The notes beneath the pieces are model-generated. The model ran no database searches, was not told where the DNA came from, and saw only the letters and a program-made list of their open reading frames with translations. The translations under genes and the position numbers were made by a program. This document shows, piece after piece, positions 41,004-55,128 of a stretch of 64,000 bases of DNA (within the stretch, counting starts at the first letter, position 1; each line of letters starts with the position of its first letter). Where the stretch lies: NCBI RefSeq assembly GCF_009914755.1, contig NC_060929.1; one strand, 5' to 3'. Origin of the DNA: the human T2T-CHM13v2.0 reference genome, Homo sapiens.

Positions 41004-41458
41004 TGTAAAAAGTATCTGAGACAGGTCTCAATCGAGTTTATTTTGCCAAGGTTAAGGATAGGCCAGGAGAAAGGAATACAGAATCCCAGAAACACAGTAT
41101 GTGGTTTGTGCCTTTCTCCAAAGATGATTTATTTTGAGAGCTTCAATATTTAAAGGGGAGAAGTGGGCTAGAGGGGAAAGAGTAAGGTTATGGTCCCACT
41201 ACTGAATCCACAGGTTGCAAGGGAAAAGGAGCAGGCAGGGAATCATCAATTGAGTATTCATCTCACTCAGTAAATCGGCACTGTACACAAGATAAGGTGA
41301 ACATGCAGTAGCTACCAGTGGGGATGTTTAACCTTGTATCTGCAGCTTTCTTGTTAGGAACAAAAGGAAAGGCAGCTTTTTACATAACTCAGCTTTCAGC
41401 TTCATTTTTCCTTTTGGTGTAGTGAATTGGAATCTTGAGTTTTTATTTTCTTTTAGCA
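41004..41458 (-). mobile_element. MER4-family LTR
   Basis: tatctgagacaggtctcaatc-agtttattttgccaaggttaagga...ttttattttcttttagca; homologous to 34690-35195. Confidence 0.7.
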
Positions 41459-41738
41459 TTACTCTCACCCCGCTGTGTCATCCCCTTTCAAAGGCTGCCC
41501 TGAGCAGCTCCCTCCCCCGACCTCCACTTCTCCTGCCTGGGGGGACTTTGGACACTCAAAGGCCAATCCCAAATCCATCTTTGATTTTCCTAAATTGATC
41601 TTTTAGAACAGATGTTGAATCTACAGACTTACCAGAGTGCTGGAAATATTTACTTGTATTGCCTTTCTGTTGCCCCAAGGGATTGAGGTCCATCTTCAAT
41701 GGACGCCTCCTTGGCCCTCTTGCTTTTAGTCTGTAGTG

Positions 41739-41977
41739 GTTTAAATCTTGTACTTTCATAGAAATATTCTTCTTCAAGAGGCTCAATATGTTAAAATAAT
41801 TTTCTTACATTTCCAGAGTTTAAATCTTGTACTTTCATAGAAATATTCTTCTTCAAGAGGCTCAATATGTTAAAATAATTTTCTTACATTTCCAGAGTTT
41901 AAATCTTGTTCTTTCATAGAAATATTCTTCTTCAAGAGGCTCAATATGTTAAAATAATTTTCTTACATTTCTAGAGT
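41739..41977. repeat. 79-bp tandem repeat x3, near-perfect
   Basis: gtttaaatcttgtactttcatagaaatattcttcttcaagaggctcaatatgttaaaataattttcttacatttccaga starts at 41739, 41818 and 41897; copy 3 has two substitutions. Confidence 0.97.
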
Positions 41978-42740
41978 ATATATCAAAGTCATTTTTAAAT
42001 AACCTATTCCTGATCAGAGATCACTAAAATCAGAGAAATAATTGCAAAATTCACCTTAAGGGAGCACCATGTGCAAACCACTTACCTGGGTTAAATATAT
42101 AATTCTGCCAAGTTAGCAGAGAGATGACTGGTTTTACCAAACTGTGAGGGTCCTATATAACCACTCTTTCTGCTTTATCAATGCTCAAAGGGCTAAACCT
42201 CAGGAAATGGGTGGTTTGGGGCTTAGAGCCATGAGCTCCGACAGTGGCTCCTGCTTTGGAACTTAGGAGAGCTGCCCTCCTCTTTACACTTGAGAAAACT
42301 GATACTGTACGGAGTGCAACTTTCCCTTCTGAAGGGCCCCACTCCTTTTGACTAAGAAGCCCCAAAATGTCCAACTTGTTTTCAGTGTATATTTTAGAGA
42401 CTTTCAATTTTCCTTAAGTCAGGAAGGGTTTGACTTCTGTGGAACTGGCATGAGAGATTTTTGTGCCTCGTGTCTACAGTCTGTTCCTTTGCTCCTCTGA
42501 GACAATCTCTTTGTTGTATTTCCTTATGAGCAAACTCTGAGTTGTCCGAGTCCATCTGAGTTGTACACGGCTTGGGCTGCAGAGGAGTGAGAACAGGTGT
42601 TCCACCCAATCCACAGGACTTCTTCATCGGTATTTCCAAGGGGAGTGATAAAATCACTCTTAGATCTGAATATATTGTGTGTTAATATTAAATCAACACT
42701 GGCTGGTTCTATTTATTTTATCCCCTACTGCATCAACTCG

Positions 42741-43334
<594 letters not shown>

Positions 43335-43339
43335 ATCTC

Positions 43340-43600
43340 TTTTTTATTGTGGCAAAATATATGTGAAATTTGCTATTCTCACCATTTTTGAATGTACATT
43401 TTACTACTATTAAGTACATTCACATTGATGTACAATCATCACCACCATCATCTCCAGAACTTTTTCATCTTCTCAAATGGAAACTTTCTGTCCATTAGAC
43501 ATTAGCTCCCAACTCCCCCTCCTCCAAGACCCTGGCCAGCATCATTCTACTTTCTATCTCAATGAATTGACTATTCCTGGTACCTCACTTAAGTTAAAAT
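43340..43600 (-). mobile_element. L1MB-like 3' fragment
   Basis: ttttattgtggcaaaatatatg...tacattcacattgatgtacaatcatcaccacc...cattctactttctatctc. Confidence 0.7.
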
Positions 43601-44242
43601 CCCTTTGGGATAAATTTAATTAATTGAAATATTGAACAAATATAGGAATGTTCACAAAGTCTTAAATAGATAGAGGCTGAGAATCAAACAAACTTCTATT
43701 TCCATTGACTTCCTTCTATACAACACCTAAGTCATGATTGTTAAAGTTAGCCTTTCAGATTTAGCTCTGTGCATTCTCTGGTGACAAACTGCTTGTTAGT
43801 TTGTTGTCTATGTTTCCTGCTGATTTATTACTGTTTCTTGTTGTCATCTCAAGTGGAAATGTGGAACAGGTGTATTTAATATTGGTGTTTCTGCTGAAAA
43901 TCCACTGGTGTTTTCAACTATGGAAAGAGTAGAAAAGAAGCAGGTACATTTCAGCAAATGTATGATGACATCAATCGCAAAACAAATGTTGACTTTAAAG
44001 ATGTTAATATAAAAATATGGAGGGAAAATATGTGCATCTTAGAATGAATGAAATTCACGAATTACAACTTATGAAGACAGGTCAGAAAAGTGGAGTATTA
44101 ATAGTTGGCCAGTTGGTCATTAACACAAACACATGCCAGTATGGCTAAGATTCTTTGAAAGAGATTTTATTAGCTCATCATCTGCCTTTTACTGTGGGGC
44201 ATGCATGTGAGTCTTTATTCTACATTTCATCCTTGCCTGCAG

Positions 44243-44369
44243 GACAGATGACCGTGAGAGAGGGCTGCTACAGAGACCTGAAGTTTCAAGTAAATATGTC
44301 CTTCTGCAATCCCAAGACACGACCTGTCACGGGGCTGGTGCCTTGCAAAGTATCTGCCTGTCCTCCCAG
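44243..44369 (+). CDS. ADAMTS16: ADAMTS16 exon (probably 18), second TSR; 127 nt, phase 1-2
   Basis: cctgcag|GAC...CAG|gtaaga; (G)QMTVREGCYRDLKFQVNMSFCNPKTRPVTGLVPCKVSACPP(S). Follows a 20.5-kb intron; no further exon recognised in the remaining 19.6 kb. Confidence 0.96.
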
Positions 44370-45074
44370 GTAAGAAGCATCGCGTTCATCAAAGCAGGTT
44401 TCCCAGTTTGCAGACGTGCTCAGCGAGTCTTGCAGCTCCTGATTTCGAGAGAGAAGTGCTGATTGCCATCATGTCACTCATAACAGTGGAGAAGCAAAGG
44501 GGACAAGAGCTGCCTGGACAAGGGACCTAGAGAGTGTGTTTAGGCGGGAAGTGGTCTGGAAATTCTTGTGACTGTAAGTGGACATTCTTAGAATGGCGTC
44601 CTGTTTGTTGTATTTGTGCTTTAATTGGTTGCAGGCTGGCAGGAGTGATAACACGCTATGGTGATAATGATGCATTCTCTCTGCTGTCCTGTCCACTAGT
44701 GTGTGCTTTTCTTGCTGAATGAAACTTGCTGGAAGAACCCATCACAAGGCCTGCCAGTGGGGAAGGAACCCTGGATTCCTCAGTGCCTTGCAAACATACA
44801 GCTGTGAGGACTGGAGCCACAGAAAGCCAGGGCTCTTGTCATCCACTCTACCCTCACTGCTACTGCCCCTAGGAGTTCCTAAACCCAAGCTCGGGTTCTC
44901 TGAGGCAGGAGGTGGGGAAGGGCCCCTTGAGGCAGCCATGGTCCTGCTGCACTGTCAGGAGCCATCACGTCTGGGCAAGGCCTTCATCCCTCTGGTCTTC
45001 ATTTTCTTCATCTTTACATGGGACATGTCACAGAAGGTTGTGAAAACCAAGGCAGGATTTTTCTCAGGCTCTTT

Positions 45075-45899
45075 GCTGGACTCCCAGCAGGGGTGCCTCT
45101 CTACTTGGCCTCCTGAACTCAGCCCCTTGTGGGAGGGAGCATGTGAGCAAGTGAGTACAGGATCCAGCTGGTCACTCTGAAGACACAGGAGCAAGCTCTG
45201 TGCAGAGCCCACAGCCAGACCAGGCGTGTTGCCTGGAGGGGAACACAGTGGCACCCAGGCAAGGGTGCCCGTGACCCCAAATCCCCAGAGGGGGTGTTAA
45301 TGTGCTAATTAGCTCTTTTAGTTCCATCATCCACAGCCCAATGGACGGAGTTGTGTTCGCAGCTCAGTCAGCCCCTGACCCTGTAGTGGGGGGCAGCTGC
45401 CCTCCACCAGCGGGGGCAAAGGGCCAGCCTTTCTGGTACCCACACTCAGTGGGCCCCGAGCTCTTGTCCACCATCCAAGAAGAATGAGGTCATGCTTGAC
45501 CACTGAAGGATGGTGAGGGCGGAGAATTTTATCAAGCGATAAAAATAGCTCTCAGCAGAGAGGGTAGCTGGAGAGGGGATGAGAATGGCAGGTCATCTTC
45601 TCCCAAAGTCAGCAGGTCTCCTCCCCCAAGTCAGGCCATCTCCCCTCTACCAACTGAGCCTGGGGTCTTTAGAGGCACAGGATGGGGGCCGGCCAGGCCA
45701 TATGTACTATTGGAAAGGGCAACATTTGATTGCTTAAAAGGCATTATTGAGAAAGAACCAATCGGAAGAGAGCAGGCAAACAGGAATGGAAGTTCTCGCT
45801 CTGGTCTGTGGGTTTCAGATTCTTTTTGGCTTGAAGCTGGGGTTTCACAGGGGACCTGCCCCTGTCTGCCTAGGATTTCTCTGCCTCCTGCCTCTATTA
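45075..45899 (-). mobile_element. ERV1 LTR (MER52/MER61-related group)
   Basis: ...ccctgtctgcctaggatttctctgcctcctgcctctatta; related to the other three LTRs of this group; left boundary approximate. Confidence 0.65.
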
Positions 45900-46775
45900 A
45901 AAACCACCTGAGATCACATATTTACAGAATGAAATTCTAACTCCAACTAGATCTTTCAAATAGCTCAAGGCACTCAAAGACTTAATACAAGATAATCTAA
46001 TACATTTTGATAAAGATCCACAGTAGCTGGCAAATTGATCCCAAGTTTGCTGAACTATGGATCAAAAGCATGAAGCTGGGTACTCTCCCCGAGGCAATAA
46101 AATACAGGAAGGTGGGAGGCACCGTCTCTTTTTGTAGGTGTTACCCCTGGTCTCTCTCTCAGTAAAGAGAAGGAGGTCACTTACCAATATTTGAAGGGCC
46201 AGGACCCCTCTTGCAATCACAGTAAGGAGGACACCTCCTTGGGAAGATCTTGTCCTCCCAGCACACCTGCCCCTGATGTGATCGGGGACCTGTCACCTTA
46301 TAAAGCCACCAGCCCTGCCTCAGCCACAGTTCCTGAACCACCACTCCCCACAATCTGCTATCAAGAGAGAATTTACACAAGAAATTAAGTGCTTAAGATG
46401 CAGCACACTGAGGCATGGGACACCCTCTGGGGGACCTTCCCAGTGTCAGCCAGGGCCTGTGGAGTTGATGGACACACACGACGATGCTCCATGGCCCTCA
46501 CCTGTCCCTGAGCCAACCCTGTGGGCCACTGCAGGAGAGCTGGCTGCTGGCCTTTCCCACCCAGACAGGCCTCCAGCCTATGCTGAGCTCCATGACAAGA
46601 GCACAGCCCACTCATCAGGGGCTCCCTCTGTGCCTGGAATGACACACCAAATGCAGACACACCCTCATCGTTTAGGAAATAAACCCCATGGCTGGCTGAG
46701 GCAGAATGTAGCATGGCACAGTTGTCAGCAAAAGTGATCTTCCTGTCCGAAGGAAATGGAGGCCCCTTGCTGAGT

Positions 46776-47305
46776 TGTGTCAAAGACAAACAAAGCCAAA
46801 CACTAGGTAAGGTGGTCAGGACAGATTTTAGTCAGTGATCCCTGCTGCAATAGGGAAAAGATTGTGGCCTGAAGTGAACTCACCTTCGATCAGCAGAGGG
46901 ACTGGGCATTTTACAGGGAGAATAGAAGAGCGGGAAGGGGCTGAACCAGGGAGAGCTGGGGAGGTGAAGAACTGCAAAAAGCGTGAAGAAGGGTTGGTCC
47001 TTGTGGAATCTCGGTTTGCCAACTGGCGGTCATAGAAGTGAGGCTCCCACCTTCCCACAGAGCCTGGGAGACAGGGGTCCTATCTGCAGGTGTCAGCCAG
47101 AACAAACAGGAAATTCTTTGGGAAGCCTTGAGATTTCTCAGACAGGCACTTTAAGAGGGGCTGGGGTTATCTTAGGGATGTAGCCTTGAGCTGTTAGAAA
47201 CCATGTTGGTGTTTGTTCATGACTTTATAAGCCAAGGTGAGGCCTTGTGGTAAAGTGGGCTCAGAGGAACCTGGCTAGAGTTTGGCCAAGGACAGAACAT
47301 TGTCA
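46776..47305 (-). mobile_element. MER31/MER67-like LTR
   Basis: tgtgtcaaagac...gggctcagaggaacctggctagagtttggccaaggacagaacattgtca. Confidence 0.6.
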
Positions 47306-47569
47306 ACTGCTGCACCAACTTGACCTCACACCCCCTGCTCCCCGGACAGTGGGGTCTGCTTGTGTTCCAGTTGGTGTTGACATCACTGTAACCTTGATTG
47401 AAGGTCCTTGCCTTGACATATGGAAGTTGGGAGCATCACTTCCTGTGCTGAATTCCTCTTTCCATACTGTGTTTAGTCCAGGTTTCTTAAGGGAGAAGCA
47501 TCTGTGATTCCTCAAGGCACCGAGTTACCAGTGCTATGAAGTGGGGAAACCAGTAAATTAGACTTAAAG

Positions 47570-47571
<2 letters not shown>

Positions 47572-47612
<41 letters not shown>
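47572..47612. repeat. (GT)n microsatellite
   Basis: About 20 units. Confidence 0.97.
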
Positions 47613-47613
<1 letters not shown>

Positions 47614-48641
47614 CTTTCACATGCAGGAGGGACTAGTGTTACTAGTTCCATGTGGAAGTAAATCCATCAGGATGTTAAATCTCAGGGTAATTGGAAATGT
47701 TGAGTGCTTGAATGCTATTTCTCAAGCTAGTCATGTTAGTGGATCAAGCATACCCTTGCAGTCTAGTCAGCCCTGGTCTACTCTGTGAAGCCCATCTAGA
47801 GAGAATGCTAGAGAAAACTCACCCCAACACAGGAACAAGCTACCAATGTCTGGGCTCCTAATTGTGTGCTTTGAGGTATCACATAATTCAGATATGAAGT
47901 GATAGTTGGGACACCCCTGAAGAGGCCCCTTTGCATCTGCAAACCCCACAGGACCAGGCATAGAAAGCAGGAGAGCTGGTGACCCCAGGGCAGCAGAGAG
48001 AAGCAAAAGCAACGGCAGAGTGGAGCAACTAAGTCCTTTCCCTAGGACGGGCCTCCGCCCTACCGCATGGGGAGAATGCTGGCAGCTGCTTCAGTTCTTT
48101 CTTGGAAAGAGCAGAAGAGTTCATTTAAATCACAGTTGCCCATTGTTGCAATCTGCTTGTTGGTTGTTTGTTTTCTTTCTTGCCGCCTCCCCCATACTGC
48201 CCAAAGGGACGTCCTACTTGACACTCACTGCAAGAGGAAACCTGGGATTTTGGGGATGGCCCCAGTGGGAAGGGAGCTCTCCTCCTCCTGGGGCTACTCT
48301 TCCTGGTGTTACCCATACTTCTTCTTCAACCAAACCTCAGGTAGAACATGCTCAACAGATTATGTGGCGCTCGTTTACTGTCACTCTTAGTGGTTTGCTG
48401 TTTCTATATCATCTCACCCTGTTTTAAATCTATCAAAACATCACTTTCCAAGCGAGACCATAATACAATTATTGAATTTCAGTAATGGAAATCTAAGCAG
48501 TCTTATGTTGTCAGGCAAAATTGCCCTTACCACCAACCATTATCCAAGAATGACATCCTCACCTCTTGTATTCACTTAGATAAATCTTTGTTCCTGGTGC
48601 AGAATTTTCATACTAAATATGTGGGAAAATCTCTTTGGAAT

Positions 48642-49460
48642 TGAAACTGGAGGAGCTCCCTTTTCCCCCTCGCAGGGTGTGCGATGAGGGCGTGGCTTAC
48701 TTCTTTGGTGGCCCACTGCTCAAACCTCTAGGGGGAGCGGGCAGATGGGCAGGTTGTGGGGCTCCGACCCCACAGCAACGTCTAAGGGTGAATGTTTACA
48801 GCTCCTGAACTCCCAGTGGGCATGTGTTACGGTGTGCTCTTCTAAGTTTGTCGTCCCTGGGCAGCTTGTGTTAATCAGCTCAATTAGACCCTTTGCCTTA
48901 TCCCGAGGACAGAGGGCTTTCTGTATCCTGGGTTATCGCCTTGGTGTGCTGGAAAAATTGGATCACACATGGGCTTGGAGAATGAGTACAAGGTTTTATT
49001 GAGTGGCGGTAGCTCTCAGCGAGGTGAATGGGGAGCCAGAAAGGGGATGGAATGGGTAGGTGGTCTTTCCCCTGGAGTTGGGCTGCTCCACAGCTGAGTT
49101 CTCCTCCGACCGTCCCAGACAAACTCTGGTTGATGGCCTGCCGGCATCTGCTGGTGCCTGTCAGCGTGCCCCTCTGCCGATGTGTTTCTCTCGATGTCAA
49201 ATCACTTGTGTGTTCTTCCACCAATATGTTTCGCTCGACGTCCAGCTGCTTGTCTATGTGCTGGCTAGGGCCTCAGGGTTTTTATAGGCCCAGGATGGGG
49301 GCATAGTGGGCCAGGGTGGTCTTGCAAAATGCAACATTTGGCCACGAAAACAGAAATGTCTGTCCTCACCTAGGTCCATGGGCACAGGCCCGAGAGTGGA
49401 GCCCTCACCAGGGACCGCCCCCTTCTCCTCCCAGCACTTCCCTGCCCCGCTCCCATATCA
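48642..49460 (-). mobile_element. ERV1 solo LTR (LTR28/LTR1 group), complete
   Basis: TG...CA termini, 4-bp TSD gaat; homologous to 1-752. Confidence 0.85.
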
Positions 49461-52400
49461 GAATCAGATCTTTGCTTTGTCCACTAACACATCCCAATGG
49501 ATGAGAATCGTGCCTGGCTCACGTGGGACCTTAATAGGTGTTCGTAGGAGACACGGATGAACCATGGTCCCATTAGGCCAGGAAGAGACACTTCAGGCTT
49601 GCGGTGTGGCCTTGGGGAAGTGGCTGCACCTCTTTATGCCTCAGTTTGCCTGGCTGTGAGATGACAAAAAGAAAATGTGTGCAGTCACATCCCAAGATTA
49701 TAAGCTCTGTGACCCCACTCTCCCTTGGGGCTGTTCTGTAGAGAAGCTTGACAGATCCTGTCTGGATTGCCACCATTGAGAAATAGGCACTACTCAGACA
49801 TCACAAAGCTTCTGGAATCAACTGTTCCTTAATACATCTAAACCACATTTGTATGTTCCCACGTATCTCCCATGTAAAGTATCTGCCTCACGTCAGCCTC
49901 CTTCAGGAGCTCCCCTGGGAGGACCCCAAGATAGGAGCATTTGCGGTATCCTTGACTCACCGTACGTAGCACTGCAGACGAAGGTCTCATCAGACGCTCG
50001 GTCACCACAGCTACTGCAACTGCGACTGCTACTGCTGTGGTCAGTTTGTCAACATTAAATCCACCCGTGGGATCCTTCCAACGCACCTACCTCTCTGTTC
50101 CTTGACTGTCCATCAAATGGTCTCCCCTGATTCGGTCTCTCACTCCTGCCATCAACAATAACTGCCCAGAGGTATCCCTCCAGGTCCATTTCTCCTTCCC
50201 GTCTTTGTTAATAGAAGCCGCTGCCCCATACACTGCATACATCCACCTGCACAGGGATCCCGACTGGACACTATTTCTGTCCTCCCAGGCTAAGGTCTGG
50301 CCCATGGGATGTGAGCCTGTGCCCTCCATGCTAAGCCCTCAAGAGGCAGCTGCTCCTTCCTCTTTCTCTGCCCACCTCTGTGGCTGCAGCAGGTCCTGGC
50401 CTTAGTGAGCAGCTGCAGCCCCTCAGGCAGGGGTCACCTTCTAGGGGAGTAGAGGGCCAAGACGGAGGTAGTCGAGCCTGGTGACCTGGAGAAGGACTGC
50501 GCTCCCCGACCCCACAACTGCCCACCAGCTCAGACTCGCACAAAGGGAACCGCTCCCTCCCTTGTTAAGCCATGCCTGCTGGGTCTAGTTGGTGCAGCTC
50601 AGCCACATTCTGAGCTCATACACACCTCACCTGTGACCTCTCGGTCCTTAACACCCCTCTCCAGACAGGCCATGCCTCTTGTCATGCAGCTCCTATGCTT
50701 CAAGATCCACACTGAAGTTGTCCTTCTGTCTCACTGCATGGCTGATCGTCCCACCGCTCACTGCCCAGGACCCCGGAGCCCCCACCCAGGCCAGAGGCTG
50801 TGGCAGTGCTGGAACCCTCCCCTCACCAGCACCTGAGCTGCCTGGCTTCACCCTCGCTCCCCTATACTACCCTGGTCACCTCAGCCTGGATACCCCCAAC
50901 TCTTGACCCACTGTGCACATGGAGCTCAGCAGTAAATGCTACCCCCAAAATCCCATGTTATCACTCTAAAAGTGTGGTCACCCAAGGATGGTACACAATC
51001 CTTACACCTGCCCCTGGGTCATTTGCTCCCCACCTCCCAGGACATTGAGTTCACATCACCTGCAATCTCCTCCATCTCCCTGCCCCACACTCTCCACCTG
51101 GGACCTCAGACTAAAGAGAAGGAAGCAATGACCAGCCCTTCCTCTTGCCAGAATCTCCCTGTGCCTCCAACCCCGCTGCTCTGCCCTCCCTCCCATCACA
51201 AAGGGCAGATGGTCCCGAGCCTCTAGAGGAGCCTTTGGAAGTTACTATTTTTTCCATATAAGTGACCCATTTCGCCCAGTGGTTCCTGTTGTTTTTCTGG
51301 CTGGGTCTCCTCTGCCTCCACCTCTCTACGCTTGGTCTTTCTGGTATTGAGAGATTTGGAGCTGAAGACATCCCTGCGTTCTGCTGTGTCCTATCTTCTA
51401 CACTTGACTCTTTCAAACACGGTTTAATACACACATGCTGTCAAGAGCACTGTGTGCTGGAAGAAAAGGTGCAGTTCAGCAGCAGAGGGCCAGTCTAGGG
51501 GAAGCTGGAGCTGATGTGTCCTACAGCAAGTAGAAACATGAGACTGAGGCTGCCCCAAATCCACTTCAGTCAACCCTGGAGCCCTCCATCCGATGGCACC
51601 CTTTGACATGTGGACCTCCTATTTTGGAATGTTCATATTGCCCTCTGAAAGGGGAAACTTTGAGACAATACAGAAGCCTCTCTGTGAACCCAATGCCATG
51701 CTTTCCTGCCTGGGAGAATCTTAAGGAGAACCAAGTGGATCTCCCCGTCCATCGCCCACAAATAGCCAGGGCCTGATCGCACATGGAGCTTAGTAAATTT
51801 CTGTCTCACAGGAGAAACAAGATCTCCAGGCTCCCTTCCCACAACTCTCCTGCACTGGAATTCTTTCTATGGAGTGGTCTGGTTGCCATGGGTTATGTCC
51901 ATGGGCTAGAGTCAGACAAAGGCGCTGGGCGGCATTGCACCTTGTCAAAGGTGCAGCCGTGACACTGCCTGCCTCCCTGGGCTCGACCCTGCCTTCCCCA
52001 CTTCGGGCATGATCCAGGTCTCCTGTCTCCTAGGATAAGGTGAGGATTCCACGTAAATGCTCTCAGGTGTGATAAACACTCACTAAATCTTGGCTATGAT
52101 TATTGTTGCTGTAAAAGGAGAAAGAAATTCACAACAGTTATGAATTTAGTCTATAAAGCAAAACTATCCATGGCAAAAACACAGAATAATGGACCTACAT
52201 GGCATATGTCAACCCTTGGGGATTGTTGTTTCATTGTATGATTTTAACAATTGAGTTGGGAACATAGATTTTAATTTAAAATGTTGCTTTACTTTTCTTC
52301 TGAAATGCAAAATATATTTCTATTATGTCCTGGATACTAACAATTTTTTGTTCCTGATTAAATGTTCAGGAAACCCATGTTCCGTTTCTCTGAGGATGGA

Positions 52401-52939
52401 GTGTGCATCTTTCTTACTGAATTCTGCCTCCCTGAGAGGCTTCCCTGGCCTCTAGGCTGCAGGTACTCCGAGCTCTGTCCTCAGCAGCCTGGCAAAGCTG
52501 GAGCCACAGCCCCGAGGGAATAAGCCGCACTCTCCTTCCCCACAGTTCGTGCTCTGTCTGACACTAAGTGGGGCTCAGTGGGGTGTGATCTGATGTTTCA
52601 TGTTCAACTTGAAGGAGGGTTCCACAAGGATTGAGGGGTGGAACCTGTAAAACATCTTAATCCACAGCCTTATCACTTTTAACTTAAATGAAAAAGGAAA
52701 CCTGCTGTGCTGGCTGGAGCCCCAGCCTCCTCCTCAGCACCCAGAGGCCGTCCTGCAGCCTTGCAGGCTCCTGCAATTGCATTGCCAGATGGGATCCCCT
52801 AAGTCCTAAATCTCTGCAGGGGGCAGGGTGTTGGGTGTCTAGAAGTCTTCTTGCTGGAGATTCTCTTAAAATGGCTGTGCAGCCTCGGCCAGCAGGAGTA
52901 TCCTGGAGAAATAACAGGCATCAGCAATTCCCAGTGGCT

Positions 52940-53085
52940 CCTCCAGGACCGGGGAGCTGTGCAGCCTGTGGCTCCCGCTCCTTCCGCTCCTCCCGCTCCT
53001 CCCTCACACGGAGGCTCCTCCCTGCGCGGGCACTGCCCAGACAAGCAGCCTACGGCCCTCCCGCGGCTGCCCCGCCCCCATCTGC
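52940..53085. promoter_or_regulatory. Small GC/CpG-rich intronic patch, possible regulatory element
   Basis: Cluster of CpGs, ccgctcct-type repeats and a GC-box ccccgccccc in otherwise CpG-poor intron. Confidence 0.3.
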
Positions 53086-53944
53086 ATTCTAGCATGAATC
53101 AGGCCTTTTTATCACTTGCTTTTGAAACATGGATGATAAATCACACAAATATTTATTCCCTTTATACTTCTCAGTTTATCTAAATGGAGTGGCTCTTCGG
53201 GTCATTCATCTTAACTCTCGTTTTCTAAGCATTAACACTAATCACACACCTGCCAGGACAGGGGATTGAAGATACAAGAGGAAATGCTTTCCAGATGGTA
53301 AATGGAGACTTCCCCTCTGTTTTCAGGACTCTTCTAGGGATGCCAAGTAAGAGTCTAGATAACGCCGAGTAAGAGTCTGGATCACATATCGTGATCAAAT
53401 GCTTTGTTTTCTCTGTAGCCCCGTCTCCACTTGATATTTGGATGGCTTATTCTTCTTGCTTATACAAACCCATTAGTGGAATAATTCCTTTTACAACCAA
53501 GATACATGGGTCCGTAGCTCTGCCTGCTGGTTGCACACTCTAGAAATGAAAGATAAGGCTCAGCAGGGCAGCTTTATTTCCACTGCTCTCCTATAGAAAC
53601 ACTTGCAATGAAAAGGGGGGAGCAATTTCCTTTTCTGTAGTTGCTTATCTCTTTTCGATCTGAGGCCGTGAAAATACTAATCACCCAGTAATGCACCCGT
53701 TACCAAGGGAATGAAAAGAAATCTGGTTGCTTAGGTGGTGTTTGTGTAGGAGAGGGTTTTGCTCACAGGAATGCTGGAGAAGTGAACATCTCGGTTCATT
53801 TAATTATCTAAGTAGCTGAGCGTTCCCAAGCAGCAGGATGGGCTTCCTGGGAGTGAGACCTGCGCAGCCTCCAGTGCTCCCTGCTCAGAGGAGCCTCCTG
53901 TGTAGTTTTATTCTCGGCTGTTGCTGATATGAAATTCCAAAGGA

Positions 53945-54249
53945 TTTTTTTTTTTTTTTTTTTTGAGATGGAGTCTTGCTCTGTCACCCAGGCTGGAGTG
54001 CAGTGGCGCAATCTCGGCTCACTGCAAGCGCCGCCTCCCGAGTTCACACCATTCTCCTGCCTCAACCTCCTGAGTAGCTGGGACTACAGGCACCCGCCAC
54101 TACGCCTGGCTAATTTTTTTTTTGTATTTTTAGTAGAGATGGGGTTTCACTGTGTTAGCCAGGATGGTCTCGATCTCCTGACCTGGTGATCCGCCTGCCT
54201 CGGCCTCCCAAAGTGCTGGGATTACAGGCGTGAGCCACTGCCCCCGGCC
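53945..54249 (-). mobile_element. AluY
   Basis: Y diagnostics (cactgcaagc, tagccaggatggtctcgatc); TSD ccaaaggattttt. Confidence 0.92.
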
Positions 54250-54828
54250 CCAAAGGATTTTTAACAAGGGGCCTGGCACATTTGTTTTGCACTGGGGCCC
54301 ACGAACGGCACAGTCAGGGTGGCAGGCAGCCCCACTTCTGTGTCAACATGGCTTTCTGGAATATTTGGGGATTGTATTAGAATGCTTGGTGTTTTAGCAA
54401 ATCTACTATGCATTCATTACTTGAGTTCAAGAAGCCATTCTATACTGTTGTCAGATCATGGGTGTGAGCCTCCAAGGTCCGCAGGCAGTGGCTCTCTGCA
54501 GTTACTTTCTTTGTGCTTCTGGAATGAGAGCCAGTTTTACTCAACTTTGGAGTACTTGCAGGGGGAAGAAGTAACCATGAGGGGCCCTTCCAGAGTCATT
54601 AGAGCTTTGTTCTGTAGATCCCAAGGTTTGCCCTCTCTGCTGAGAGAGAGCCCAGTGGGGTGGACACGGGACTGTGTGTCTCACCCACAGAAGCCACCGT
54701 GCTGAGGCCCACCTGATCGTCTTTGGGTACCTGTTTGCCCTCCACTGTGCCCTTTGCAAAGACATCTAACCAATCTCAGTCTAATCAGGGAAACCAGAAG
54801 TGCTATGGCCCCTCCAGAATGAGTGCTG

Positions 54829-55128
54829 GGCCTGGCCCAGTGACTCACGCCTGTAATCCCAGCACTTTGGGGCAAGTGGACGGCTTGAGCTCAGGAGTTC
54901 GAGACCAGCCTGCCTGGGCAACATGGTGAAACTTCAGCTCTACCAAAAATACAAAAAACTTAGCTGATGTGGTGGCACACGCCTGTGCTCTCAACTACTT
55001 GGGAGGGAGAGGTGGGAGGATCACTTGAGCCCAGGAGGCAGAGGTTGCCCTGATGGCACCACTGCACTCCAGCCTGGGCCACAGAGTGAAAACCTGTCTC
55101 AATAAATAAATAAATGTATGAAATAAAA
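54829..55128 (+). mobile_element. AluJ
   Basis: gaggtgggaggatcacttgagcccagg; (AAAT)n tail. Confidence 0.85.

Noticed and set aside
41739-41977. Direct repeats as a possible CRISPR-like array (also 7461-7551 and 39044-39149)
   Set aside because: Head-to-tail units with no unique spacers, no cas genes, and a human intronic context.
49870-49888. ccatgtaaagtatctgcct (PCKVSA) matches exon sequence 44341-44359 at 17/19
   Set aside because: Similarity does not extend and there are no matching splice sites; most likely chance, not a duplicated exon.
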